Origin: Botryllus schlosseri
Taxonomy: Eukaryota
Length of the DNA: 64,000 bases
Assembly: GCA_051294905.1 (NCBI GenBank)
Contig: CM119372.1
Location: 35,652,001 to 35,716,000, forward strand
Direction: 5' to 3'
The notes under the pieces are model-generated. The model had not been told where the DNA came from. It saw only the letters and a program-made list of their open reading frames with translations, and searched no databases. Position numbers and translations under genes: made by a program. Numbering within the stretch: the first letter of the stretch is position 1; every line of letters starts with the position of its first letter. Below are positions 25,849 through 38,800 of the stretch, piece by piece.

Positions 25849-26295
25849 TATTAGGGGGTAACGGGGCTTAGCTACTCGGCTTTTTGCCCCAGGACGATTT
25901 CTGGCGATAATGACTCTAGCACTAATTCAATGATTTACTATTCTCTATATTGTCCTTCCATATCGTGAGTTCGATGTCTGGCCATATAGTGTGATCATCT
26001 GTGAGTAGGGAATCTGTCGTTATTCGTACTTTATTACGCTCGGCGGTCTCGTTATGTCACTTGTTACATTTCCGCTTCAAGTAATAAAACGCTCTTCTCT
26101 GTTGCGATAACTTGACCTTGAGTCAATGTTCCCTCTAATTTTTCACAAGTCTGCGCAAACTCAATAACTAACAATGCGGTAGATGACTTTGAGCAACAAC
26201 CAGGGCCGAAACAGAACTTAGTCACGCTCCACCAAAACGCGTATTGCCGAACCAATCGATTTATTTCGTTTAACTTCATGCGCATTTGTTTTGCA

Positions 26296-26704
26296 GGGGA
26301 AGCGAGTGGCGCAGTGTGCTAAGCGACACGGTCACGACACCAATGGTTCTTGGTTCGAGTCTCGGCTCTATCATGTTTCTATGTGTCGGAGGTTATCTGG
26401 GCTCCTCATCGCCGATCCCGCTGTACCAACAGTGTGTTGAAAAGCCCAGACACAGAGTAAGCCACGCTCTCATAAAGTCGGCAGCTGAGACCCGAATACG
26501 GAGTACGGACGCATGCAAGAGAAAGAAAGAGTGAAAGAGTGAATGCGCTGATTGACAGTCGTCCAACGAGGAAGCAATGCATGATGTTGAAGATACTGAC
26601 TGTACGATGAATCTGAACTGTACCTATATCTGTGTCGTGACGCACAAGGCCTAAACGGCGATAAGCGTCACTGTAATACCCATGTAATAATAATAATAAT
26701 AATA
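26296..26704 (+). mobile_element. tRNA-derived SINE
   Basis: Same head as 15568 (GGGGAAGCGAGTGGCGCAGTG...GGTTCGAGTC), (TAA)n tail, flanking direct repeat ATGCGCATTTGTT. Confidence 0.9.
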
Positions 26705-27730
26705 ATGCGCATTTGTTATTTGCGAAATCTTTTAGGTGAATAATGACGGTACTTGCAGTTGTATATTCTACAATTATTGTCTCAGACTCCTAGTCAACGT
26801 GATCTGATACAATAGTAGTAGTACAATAGTAATAGTACAATGTTCAAAGGAACATCTTAATCTATGTTCATGCCACGCGGATAATACTACTCACAATTTC
26901 TCGCGGTAAATATTTGTTTATTTGCATTTACGGGCCACAATTGAGACTCGGGCTCAGACTGAAGGAAAAAGAATTGAGCTTGTTACGTCATCAATTTGTG
27001 GAGCGGCAGTGCGGCAGTCACGGTCCTGGCAACATCACTCGTCCGCAGTGTGGTCATGACAGCATCGCGTTCATTCAAATCTAATAAATTCTTAAAATGA
27101 CCAAGTTACAGCATTTACACTTCTGTGGTACCACTTTTAATTAGGTGCTTTAGCCCTCCAACAACGCGAGCATTAGAAAAGTCAGGCTAGATAGGCAAGA
27201 CGTGTTTGATTGAGGTTTTAGCAAATTGCGTAATAGTATAATCTCTAAGCGCAGTTCCGAACTGCTATAACACTTAAAATGTGACATATATATTCCTATG
27301 TAGGCTTCTACACCGGATCTCAATTGCAACACTCCGACAAGCCGTATCTTGATGTCATGCCAATATATCATGACGACTTAACCGTATAAATGGTCATAAT
27401 GACGTTGATAAGCTATGTAAATGCTATGTGAATCGCAGAATTGACTGGAACAACTGGTCGCTCACTGACTCACGTTGTAAAATTATGCGTTCACTTTATT
27501 TTCAATTCAAGTTGGATATTCTGTGCGTAAAGACCATGTCGACAGGGTGCATTTTCGCATCCGCGCACCTTTGAAGGTACAGGGACATTGACCATGATTC
27601 AATAGAAATAGCACTCATAATATAGAAGTCTATTCAATGATGAAATTGGATCCAGCCGCAGCGTCGGACCTGGAAGATCCAAAACTATAATATTCCTTCT
27701 ATTATATTACGCACGAAGCATAGTTATCAT

Positions 27731-29647
27731 TAGGGCCATTTAAAGTCATTAAAGTCATATTTTTTCAATGCATCAGTAAGTCGTGAAATCACTTTTAACA
27801 CAAAAACCGCATCCCTATGAGGTAGCCTATATTAAGAAAGTTATAAAGTCATATAAAGTCATATTTTCCTGGTTAGGTCAAATCAGCTTTTCACGTTATA
27901 TAGTCATATTTTCGAGTTATAAAGTCAAATCGTTGTAAACTTGAAATAAGAAGTACCAATTTAAGCGGTGAAGCAACTAAGCAGTAAGAAAGTAAGGCAG
28001 TTACTCTTTGGAGTAGCAGGTTGAATACTGATCAATATGATGCCGAGAGACCTCTACAAGTTGAAGAAATAGGGGAGATGTGGTACCGATGGATCACCGG
28101 GACCGAAAATACTTGAAAAATTCTCCATGATAATTCCTTGATTACACTCCTGGAATTTGTCTACAACTACATGCTGACAGCATCTTTCCTCACATGCAAA
28201 AAAATTCGATCTTCGTGAGTTATGGGGTCTGTGACGAATGATTTACGTTTTAGGGGGTTTAAAGTAAATTTGGATCGACATTTTATTTTTCTATATCACC
28301 TTTCAGACTATCAAACCCGCCATAATTTTTGATGTGAAGTATAGGGCTTGTATCAGGGTATATAATGGCACATATTTTTTGAATCAATACCATTCTCGAG
28401 TGTACTATTTTCAAGTCAATTACAATATTTATGAAGTTGGGGACCTATGGTACCATAGCCAAATCAAGCAAAATAGATGGACCAACTAATCACTTAGCAA
28501 CAGAAACTCGCCTACATATATACAGGCTGTAAATCATAGTTACCTGTGGTGTTTTATCGCTATTACGAGGTATTTGAAAGTCAAAATGTCGATTTGCGGG
28601 TAATATGTATGTGGCATTAATTTTGTAAGTTTAGGCGTAAATCAAAACATGATTTTACGCCAGCATTTGAGTTGATATAATCAATTTTATTCTTAAAGGT
28701 CGCGACGAAACATTCTTCATTGGCTTGCTGTAGCTTAGCTTATAGTACACAACAAAACAAGCTTACAAATTTGAGTTTTGAGCGTATGTCTCATTGGTCC
28801 CAAGGTCGTGTGCCTTTGGACCCACCGGGTGGGGACCGATGACACGTTCGAGCAACAAATTTTAAACGTTTATAAATATTTTTTGAAAAGGCGGATATTC
28901 ATGTAAATGTCCGCGATAGGTACAGCTTGTATCGAAGTGTTGAGACAGCAAAAGATCTGCTATTCCCGGTTGAAGATTTGAGGGCCAGAGATCATTTTGC
29001 GATTTTTGATCCATCGGTACCACATCTCCCCTACTCAATGCATAGGAAGGTAAAGGACGTATTGTAAAGAGCGACAAAAATTCAGTCAGCGATCCAAACT
29101 TGGCTAGTCAATTAACAGAAATATGCCTCCACCATAACAATATTTCAAACTTAATACTCCAAATGGAAAGTTGTACGTACGCCATCATAGAGGCCCATGC
29201 TGATCTAAATGCCCTTGATTTCGGAAAAGGTTCGCTTGAGCTCAGAAATTACATTAGGAAGCCTTTGGACAAAAACGACATTAAACAAATTATGGAGCTA
29301 CAAACAAAGACATTTCACCAGCGCTTTATGCAAAACTGCAGAAGTGTCAACCCACATCAGTGTCTGTGAAGCGCTCATTTTCCTCACTAAAGTCCTTTTA
29401 CGTCTAAATCGTAACTTCATAGACTCTAGCATTCCAGACCACATGAAACTGTACTACAACAGTGGTTTAAAATAAAAACATGGATGTGTATTACTGTTAT
29501 GTTACGTATGTTCTACTCTTTAGTTCCGTGAGTGATGTTGTTCGCAGGTAAAACTGCATGATTTTCACATAAAGTCATATAAAGTCATATTTTCTAAAAA
29601 ATATAGTCATGTTATTGATTTTTTTAGGTCATATAAAAATGGCCCTA
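27731..29647 (+). mobile_element. Internally deleted hAT transposon ending 152 bp upstream of the lectin ATG
   Basis: TIR TAGGGCCATTT, perfect TSD GTTATCAT, AAAGTCATAT repeats. Relic TSVSVKRSFSSLKS at ~29354 resembles the hAT dimerisation motif TSxxxERxFS. Confidence 0.9.
28072..29031. mobile_element. Tc1/pogo-type MITE (TA TSD) nested in the hAT element
   Basis: 25-bp TIR GGGGAGATGTGGTACCGATGGATCA flanked by TA. Inverted relative at 37114-38051. Confidence 0.9.
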
Positions 29648-29799
29648 GTTATCATTTAATCCACATCTGTAGCCGACTGATAGGTAGCTCCATGATTATT
29701 GGGTTGAAGACCTAAAAAATGTATCGAAGACAGTACAAAAGCGTTTGTGTCTTTCGATTTGCAGTTGCATAATTCACTTAGGACCGGAGTTAGCGTAAA

Positions 29800-29866
29800 A
29801 TGAAGTCGATTTTGTCGGTCTGCTTGTTGGTGTTCTCTGCCCATGCAAAGTTCCATTCATCTACAG
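29800..29866 (+). CDS. Lectin exon 1 (signal peptide)
   Basis: MKSILSVCLLVFSAHAKFHSST, then donor G|GTGAG. Phase 1 matches the next exon. Confidence 0.82.
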
Positions 29867-32800
29867 GTGAGTTAGATGTACAATACAAGATGCATGAAAG
29901 TGAATAATGAAGGTACCAGGGTAATAAAATCTTTCCGAATAAATTAGGGACATTATAGAACATATTTTCGATATGACACACTCTCCCACGATGCGAATAC
30001 CTGACTTTAGAGCAGAGGTCTCAAACACGCGGCCTGCGAGAGCAGTTTGTGCGGCCCGCGACGGCATTTTGGAATTTCAGGTATTCAACAATATATTCAC
30101 TAGGGTTATGACTAGAAAAAAAAATTTGCCTGTAGCAGGAATTAATGAACATTTTGATATAAATTATTAAAATTTTAATTATTTTGTTCAAATCGAAAAA
30201 AATGTCCCGCACAAATTAACTTCAATTTTTGACACCGGTCCAAATATAGAAATTATTTACAATTCAAAGGTATTCTTTGCTACAAATTTAATCTTCATAT
30301 ATATGTCCTTTTCCACTCCCGGTACAGTTCATCCATCAATTTGACTTCCCTTTCTGTTATTATGTTAGTGCCAGGGACATCTACAACAGACTTGCAATGG
30401 GATTTTTTGGCACTTTATCGCTGCAGGACATTCGAGCGCAAAGATAGCAGCAAATTAACTTTGGTATACTCTAGAGCCCGACCGATATTGAATATTTCTT
30501 GGTCGATACCGATATCTCACACCTTGGCCGAGAACCCCAATACATTCAGCCGATATTCAAAAGAAGTTGGATATACATAAGCACATTTTCAAAACTTCAG
30601 AGCATTTATTTGAACATCTTTACAGCCATTGGTAATTTGTTATACTTGAACATAAAATAAACTAGATAGGCTACATCTGGACACCAGTTAAGTGTAAGCG
30701 ATGTGACATACATCAATATTCCCAGTTCATCGGTCAAAGATGATAGTTTTGTGACTTCCTACCGCAATGTTGTGACGTCACGAAAATTGTCGATAATTTT
30801 TCAGCTTCAATGGCCGATACTGATAATTCTTTCAAAGTGTGATATTGTCCTGATATTATCGGCGAACCGATGATAGGACGGGCTCCAGTATATTCCATCT
30901 ATGGACTGGACATATGGTTATAATACCAGGCTTCCTAACACGCATTTACGATGAATAAGCATACCCTTAATCTCCCTCTCGCATTGCGTAGAGATGGTAG
31001 TTTATGCTATCTGATTAGTGGTAATCTACTATTTTCTCTGAAAGAGCGGCACGCTTTGCACAGCACATAGATTATTATTATTATTATTGACATATTACAG
31101 TGGTGCTTATTGCCTTTTCCAGGCTATGTGCACCACGACACAGATTTTTGTAATGTTCATTTTTCTTGGGCTTTGGTAATCTTGGGGACGACTTCGTCAA
31201 TCTTTCGCTCATTCATTTGTCAGTCTCTCTCGCACCAATGCGTCCCCGTCGTGGTCTCTGCCGCCGACTTGTAAGCACGGCTCACCTTCAGTCTGGCCTT
31301 TTCAATTCACTGCAACTGCAGTGAGGTCGGCGATGAGGAGCCCAGTGAAACCTCCGACACATAGAAGTTTGTCCGAACCGGGATTCGAACCACTGCTAGT
31401 GGTGTCGTGACGCTGGTGGTTAACCAACTGCACCACTCGCTTCCCCAAATCATACGGATAAACTTAAAATTATCACTCCATCCTCGGTTTTCTAATATTT
31501 TCAGTTCACGAAATCATGGAGAACTTATAAACAGTAACGCGCTGTTTAGTTTCGATGGAGTATCAGTAATGAAATAGCGCCACCAGTCCAATATAGGGCT
31601 ACACAAGTTTTCCAAATATAAGCTGGGAAAAATATCATTCAACAATAAGTTATTGAAGCTTCTGTTAACCTGCCTATGCCTCATATTTTATTTCGAAAAA
31701 TAATGAATTTGTTCCATTGCATCTCCTAGTTTTAATGATGTAAAAGTGCCTTGCATATTACATATCGAACACCTTACTTTTAGCCGAAAGCATAACAGTC
31801 TGTGAACATGAAACGATGCAAATATCTTGCGATGGATCAATGCAGATCCACATTACAGATGCAAGCTACGGAAGACGGGAAGGTGCCAAAACGTATGATG
31901 CCGGGTTTGTCGTATAATCGCACGGGCGAAAACGAGCCATTATTAGACCACATAACATTCGAAAAGCCCCTAATTGTTCAATGAAAGCGTGCGCGAATAA
32001 AAATGTCTCTTCTAGTGGTTGCCATCGCATAGCTCATAGAATGAAAATCAGATTGTTGGCACTTTCAGGTACAAACTACAACCGTTTGAGGGAGGTAAAT
32101 TAGTTAAGATGTGATCAAAGTAGATAGTGTTTCTACTCAAATGGCAACTAAATTACAAGTAGAAGTGGCAATTTTCAAGACCACTTAAAAGTGCCTGAAG
32201 TGGAAGTATATAAAACGAAAGTTGTATAATTATACTCCAGTAAGTCGATTACTGTGCAAAATAAAATGAAACCTTCGAAATCAATTCAGTTACCGCTTAC
32301 CATGATACGGGATATTCATACCCACATTACGACTATATTCATTCATAACTTAAGCAGACTGATATTACAACTACTTTCTACTCTTCCAAATCCGAAATTA
32401 TAAAATGTAAGTAGTATTGCCAGGAAAACAGTCAAGTGGAAGTGGTTGTAGTACAAAATCAGAGTCACTTGTGAAGTGGGAAAAGTAAGCAAGGCCTACC
32501 GGTGTACTCCAGCATAGTAGAATTACTTCGTTCCAGGCCACCGATAGCACAACAACTAGCTATACTCACTCTTCCGGCCAACAGAAAGCAAATCCAAATT
32601 GATATTTAAATAAGGTCTCCGAGGTGCGATCTGCAGAGTCTCCCTGCATCAGTGGTTAATATTTTTTCCTCAGTGCCCCTTTTCAAGAAATTTCCTTGTT
32701 CCACCCTTATTTTGGGGACTGCAGTAAAAAATTCGAGTAATAGGTTGCTGTCCGTACTTCTTTTCGGGCTGTGACTTTACAATTGGAACCATCGGGAACG

Positions 32801-35800
32801 TGCTCATATCATCTGGTTCCAGCCCGATACGGGCCCAAACATCCCGACTTCACCTCGATGATTGGCCACACGGGGATGTCTATTGTATTGGGTTTTGTTT
32901 TGTTGCTTTGTGTTAGGCCTATTGGTAAATCAACTGAAAATGTCATAGAGATCCATTCTCACATTGAATTTAGTGCTAGGCCAAGTTATTAACTTCACCA
33001 TAAACTTCACCAAACAAAGCAACCAATATATTGCGAAAATTTCGAGATTTATCAGATTTTGCCTTATGTGAATTTGCAATGTCAGACATATGATCAAATA
33101 GTATCCTATCCCTACTAAATCATATACTGCGTCACCATTATTCTTCAGCGCTTCTATACCGCCCATGTCGGCATAGTGTCCCCCATATCGCCCCCTGAGC
33201 GTTTGAGCCCCATCAAAATTAAAAGCCCATGAGAGGGGATGAGAGAGCCAAGGTTAAGAAACACTGCGAACCTTAAGTCGAGTCGTGCACAAGTGTACAA
33301 TTGTAAATATATGATGATTCACCACGTCAGTAGTAGTATAGATCGGTCGTGACGCGCCATTGTGGCTTATAGGCCCGCTCGCACGCGGCTGCGAAACTCG
33401 TGTTCGCACGGTAACCCTTTTGACCCCCTGTCGCTCGCACGCGGCTATTGTGTCTTATGGCCCCTCTCGCACGGTAACCCTTTTCAGTATAGGGATCGCT
33501 TGCACGCGGCTTCGAAAACCCGTGTTCGCACGACCACCCTTTTTGACCCCCTATCGCTCGCATACGGCTATTGTGTCTTGTGGTCGCATGGTAAACCTTT
33601 TCGAAGCCGCGTGCAAGCGATCCCTATACTGAAAAGGGTTACCGTGCGAGAGGGGCCATAAGACACAATAGCCGCGTGCGAGCGACAGGGGGGGTCAAAA
33701 GGGTTACCGTGCGAACACGAGTTTGCAGCCGCGTGCGAGCGGGCCCATAAACCACAATGGCGCGTCACGACCGATCTATACTACTACTCACGTCACCTCA
33801 CTTCCGTCAACCACAGGTGTCCGCATTCATCGGTCAGGATGGAGTCGTACCAATGCCACGCTGAATCAAGTGAGCGCGTGCTGATTGAGGCCTGCGAAGG
33901 AAAGTCAGCATGTGTTGTCGACGCCAAGAATGGTGTCTTTGGTGATCCGTGCCGTGGTGTATTCAAGTATTTGCGGGTGGCATATATGTGCATAGATCCA
34001 TCACGTAAGTGAAGTACAAAACTCGTAGAGACTATATTAGGTAAGCAAGGTAGAATCCACATTCGGTTTAGTGAAATTTGTTCCGAATTTGCCCGCGTTT
34101 GAGCGATTTTCGAAATCAGGTGGTGGCGGTGGTGCTAATGGAGATTTCATCAAACCATTTACTGGTTTAATTATAGCGTGGATAATACGAAGGATGACAA
34201 TGTAGAGGATGAATTAATTACCACTACAGTTGATGAACTCATGGCGCACATATAAACAGGAAGGCGCTGTTTAGTTTTGATGGAATATCTTAGTTGATAC
34301 GTGCCTTGGTCTATTCAAGTATTTGCTGGTAGCATATCACTGCATACAGCTAGGGTTGCATATAAAACAAACGGCGTTTTAAACAGTGATTTTAAAAAAA
34401 AAAACCTTTAAAAAAATTTTAAGTTGTAAAATTATGCCATAATGGTGTCAATACTTACCAAAAAACATGTTGTATGAGCTTATACGTACAATTACCACCC
34501 GGTATAGCCGACGTATATCGACATGGGAGGGCTGGAATCCGCAAAATAGTTTGTTCAATGGCAATAGCACATATATTTTTACCTTATATTTTTAATTGTC
34601 AAATGTCAATCCACTATGAAGTCACAATTGAACATTCGTGGCGTCATTACTTCAAAAAAAAACATAAAAAACAATAAAACATATGTTTCAAATTAGAGCT
34701 TTGTTTTAAACATGTTTGTTTTAAATTGATTTTTGTTTTAAATGCAACCCTACATACAGCCATCACGTAAGTAAAGTACAGAATTCTGAACAATGTTAAA
34801 ATATGCAAAATATGCATAGTTGAATAACGGAGATGGTCAGAGAGAGATTGCCTTTGCTTTGCCGGGTTACTCAAGCAGGTTTGGACTAACTGCACTACTT
34901 TCACAAGTGGTTACTAAATTTGTTAATCCTTTGCCTATCCATATTTCCTCGTTTGCTTCCGAATGTCCCCAAAACACTACAAGACGTTTGATATATTTGA
35001 TTTTTCGTCAATGCCTATATCGATTAATACGCATAATTTGTTTCGTACTAGTTACTGTACCAGAATTTGAGATTCTATTTTAACAGCTTCCGAGTATATG
35101 CTTCTCTAATAGTTTGCCAAACAATAGATACATTTATCTATATCGCTTCAAATAACGATTCCTGGGGATCTGTGCAGCAGTATAGATCAGGCGTATATCT
35201 AGGAACGTATGCGCGGAGGGATACCGTAAGCAGCGTTCGAGTCATGCTTTTCAAAATACAATGTTGCTGTGACGTCCGGGAGGTCATGCTATTTTAGATC
35301 GTATCCTACTAGAGGTTACACTACGGTTAGCCAGTGTTGGGATCAAGTCACTATACCTTCGAGTTATGAGTCATCTCGAGTGATTGTGAATTTTGACTCG
35401 AGTCAAGTCAAGTCAATCGATTTTTGAAGGTGACTCGAGTCAAGTCAAGTCACGAGTCAAGTCACAATTCAAGTCGAGTCGTCTTTTCGAAGTACGAGAT
35501 ATGATCAAGTCTTTGCATTCGCCTAATATGGAATTAAATAGACGTGCTAAAAAGCGGGTATAGCTCACGCATGCGTAGAATTGCTAAGCTACGTAAGTAA
35601 CTCTATATCCTTCGTCTATATCAGTGGTCGGGAACCTATGGCTCGCGAGCCATATATGGCTCTTTTGGACATAAGATATGACTCTTTAATAAATTGTTAT
35701 TTTTGTGCCTAATTTATCAATATTGCAGCAACTTGTTAATATATCTTCAGCACGACCAGTATAATTATTCTTATGGCAGTATAAAAACCACTTTGAGAGG

Positions 35801-38800
35801 TTAACACAGTGGCGTATTCAGGGTTAGGGGCTCGGACCTCCTTTTCAAAATCCTCAAATTTAAGTTGCTGTTGCGCCGGCGACCAATATCCCTCTCGAAT
35901 TCGATGATTCCACCAACAAATCTTGGATTGCACGATACGTTGATTGATCAAAGAGACTAGGAGGCATGGTGGGCCATGGCTATACACGCTCTTGATTGAT
36001 AACGTAGCTTTGCAGTTGCTGTTGAAATGTAGGCGTGTGGCTCAACGTTATGTACCAACTCATACTTTCAGAATTGAGAAGTCGAATCGGAATCAGTGCG
36101 ACAATTGCATTCGATTATTATCAGTTACAAATTCTATGATATTCACGACGAATTGCGCTATCACCTATGCCCTACCTTTCCTTTAACGTTTGGTAGTAGA
36201 AAGGTTGAAAATCTAGTAGACAGGTGAGACACTGCCTCACTTGCCTCTCCTGGCCCCACGTCACTGACCCATCACATATTACAGTGGGTATTGCTGGATA
36301 GCGACCAAGTTTGACTCCACCTACGTCTGTCATTATGGGTCCTCGCATTATTAATAGCATCAAGACGAACCTACGATCTCGTATAACTGACGAAAGTCTC
36401 AAATTTTGTATGAAGCTCAACCTCAACACTAATCAAGCAAAATACCATGCAACACCAAAAAACTCATGAACTGTGAAAAGCATGCATTTCAATCCTGATT
36501 TTGTTTTAATAAACGATACATGAATGCAACGGATTTCTCTCTTATTTTTAAAGAAAATATCATGACCGTTTGCGAGCATCAGAGGATGAACATCGATTGC
36601 GGAGATGGCAAGACAATTAAAATTGAAAGCGCCAGATACGGAAGAAGAGATAATAGAGAAACGTACGTTGCCTGAACGTTACCTTCACATATTCATCGTA
36701 CATTAATTCTAGACTTCTAAATCTCGCGACAATTATACTCGTCATTCCTCTAAATGAATGGTTTGCAGCCAGTGCTGGTGGGTTATTTTCATGGGTTCTC
36801 TGGAGCATAGGTGTATGGGAGGAAAAACTTTTTAGGATGCGAAAAAGTAATTCAGGTGACCTCGTTCCCCTTCAGATGCTTTCACGGTCCCAGTGGCTAA
36901 GCTGTTTAGTTGTGTTGCTGTATAACACCATGATCTGACATCCAGTATCATGTTTTACGAGGAATTGATCAGAGGTTATTAATTTTTTATCGCTGTGCTT
37001 TCAAATTTTGCGGGCGGTTGCGCGTACGGCAATAATTTCAAAAGTCGACGAATAAAACATAAGACGAAAGGCATCGCAACAAGCTCAATTATATTTGGGC
37101 TCTTCATTGCGTAGGGGAGATGTGGTACCGATGGATCAAAAATTGGAAAATGATCGCTGGCCCTTAAATGCTCAGCCGAAAACAGCAGATCTTTTGCTGG
37201 CTCAGCACTTTGATACAAGCTCTACCTATCGCGCACATATACATGAATATCCGTCTTTTCAAAAAATATTTATGGACGTATCATCGGTCCCCACCCGATG
37301 AGTCCAATGGCACACGGCCCGGGGACCTATGACATAGTACCCTAAAAAACTCAGATGTGACAACTTTTCTTGCTCAGTATTATAATCTAAGCTACAGCAA
37401 GCCAAAGAAGAATGTTTGGTCGCAACCGTCCAAAAATAGAATAAATATTAACTCAAATGTTGTCATAAAATCACGTTTCGATTTAGGCTCAAAATTATGA
37501 ATTTGAGGGTACATACATATTGCCCGAAAATCGAAAGTGTGACTTCCAAATACCTCGTTATAGCGATAAAATATCATATGCAATTATTACATAAAGATTT
37601 TCTGTACGTAGGCATGTTTCATTTGTTTCATGATTAGTATGCTTGATTATTTTGCTTGATTTGGCTATTGTATCATCGGTCCCCACCCTACGAATTATAT
37701 AGTTGATTGAAAAATATTCCACTCAAGGAAGGCACTGAAAAAAATAATAGGTGCTATTATATAGCATGATACAAGCCCTACACCTCACAATAAAAATGAT
37801 TGCTGGTTTGTTCGTGTTGAAGGTTACAAAGAAAAATGTATTTGTCGATCTAAATTTAGTTTGCACCCCGCAAAACAAAAAACATCTGTGAGAGACCCCA
37901 TAGCTCGCGCACGTCAATTTTTTTTCTATGTGAGGAAAGATTTTGCCATCATGCAATGGTAGACAAATTCACGGAGTGAAATCACGGAATTATCATAGAG
38001 AATTTTCAAAGTATTTTCGGTCCCAGTGATCCATCGGTACCACATCTCCCCTATAGATTAAACTGAATAATCACTACAAAACTAAGCGACAGTCCACTCA
38101 CGACGCCATTGTTTTAGGATTATCTCATGTCATCGAGTTGATAACTTATACTGCAATGAATGTAGTCTTCAAAGAAATATAGGCCTACCCATTACTATAA
38201 ATATATACCGGTGCTCGTATATTGTATGCGTGCGCATACGCCGCATCACCTTTCATACGCTGGGTCCCTCGAGGCAAAGACATTTAGCGACTACTACGGC
38301 ATAGCCACACTGATTTGCAGTACAAAATCATTGTAATATTTTTTCGGAAAATCATATTGTAATAGAGTTCTCTGCTTTCTTTTATAACTGTTGTTGATAC
38401 AAAGTTAATTTTACAGACAGGTCCTATGTAGGAGAGCCATATATTTATTTTTTGTCAGTAGGCAAAAATATTAACAGATAAGGGAACGGTCTCGCTAGGT
38501 TAGGAAGAATTAGGAACTCTTGCTTCGTATCCATCAGGTGCCCTCACCCAACAGTCACGTCCGCAACGTATGACTGCCGCGCTGAATCAAGTGAACAAGT
38601 GGTAATTGAGGCTTGCGAAGGAAGGTCCCGCTGCCATGTCTACGCCAGGAATAGTGTGTTTGGTGATCCGTGTCCCGGTTTATTCAAGTATCTGCGGGTC
38701 GCATACCAATGCGTAGAGTCATTACGTAAGTAAAGCAGATGATTCAGGGTTAGTTATGCCTAATTTGCGTAATGTATGAGAGGAGGAATTCCTTCATAAA

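Noticed and set aside
31370..31446. tRNA gene (also at 15568, 26296, 54534)
   Set aside because: A/B boxes are present but no convincing cloverleaf; each continues into a shared SINE body, and two have tails with TSDs.
33327..33768. Overlapping ORFs on both strands
   Set aside because: Artefacts of the GC-rich palindromic element; no protein features.
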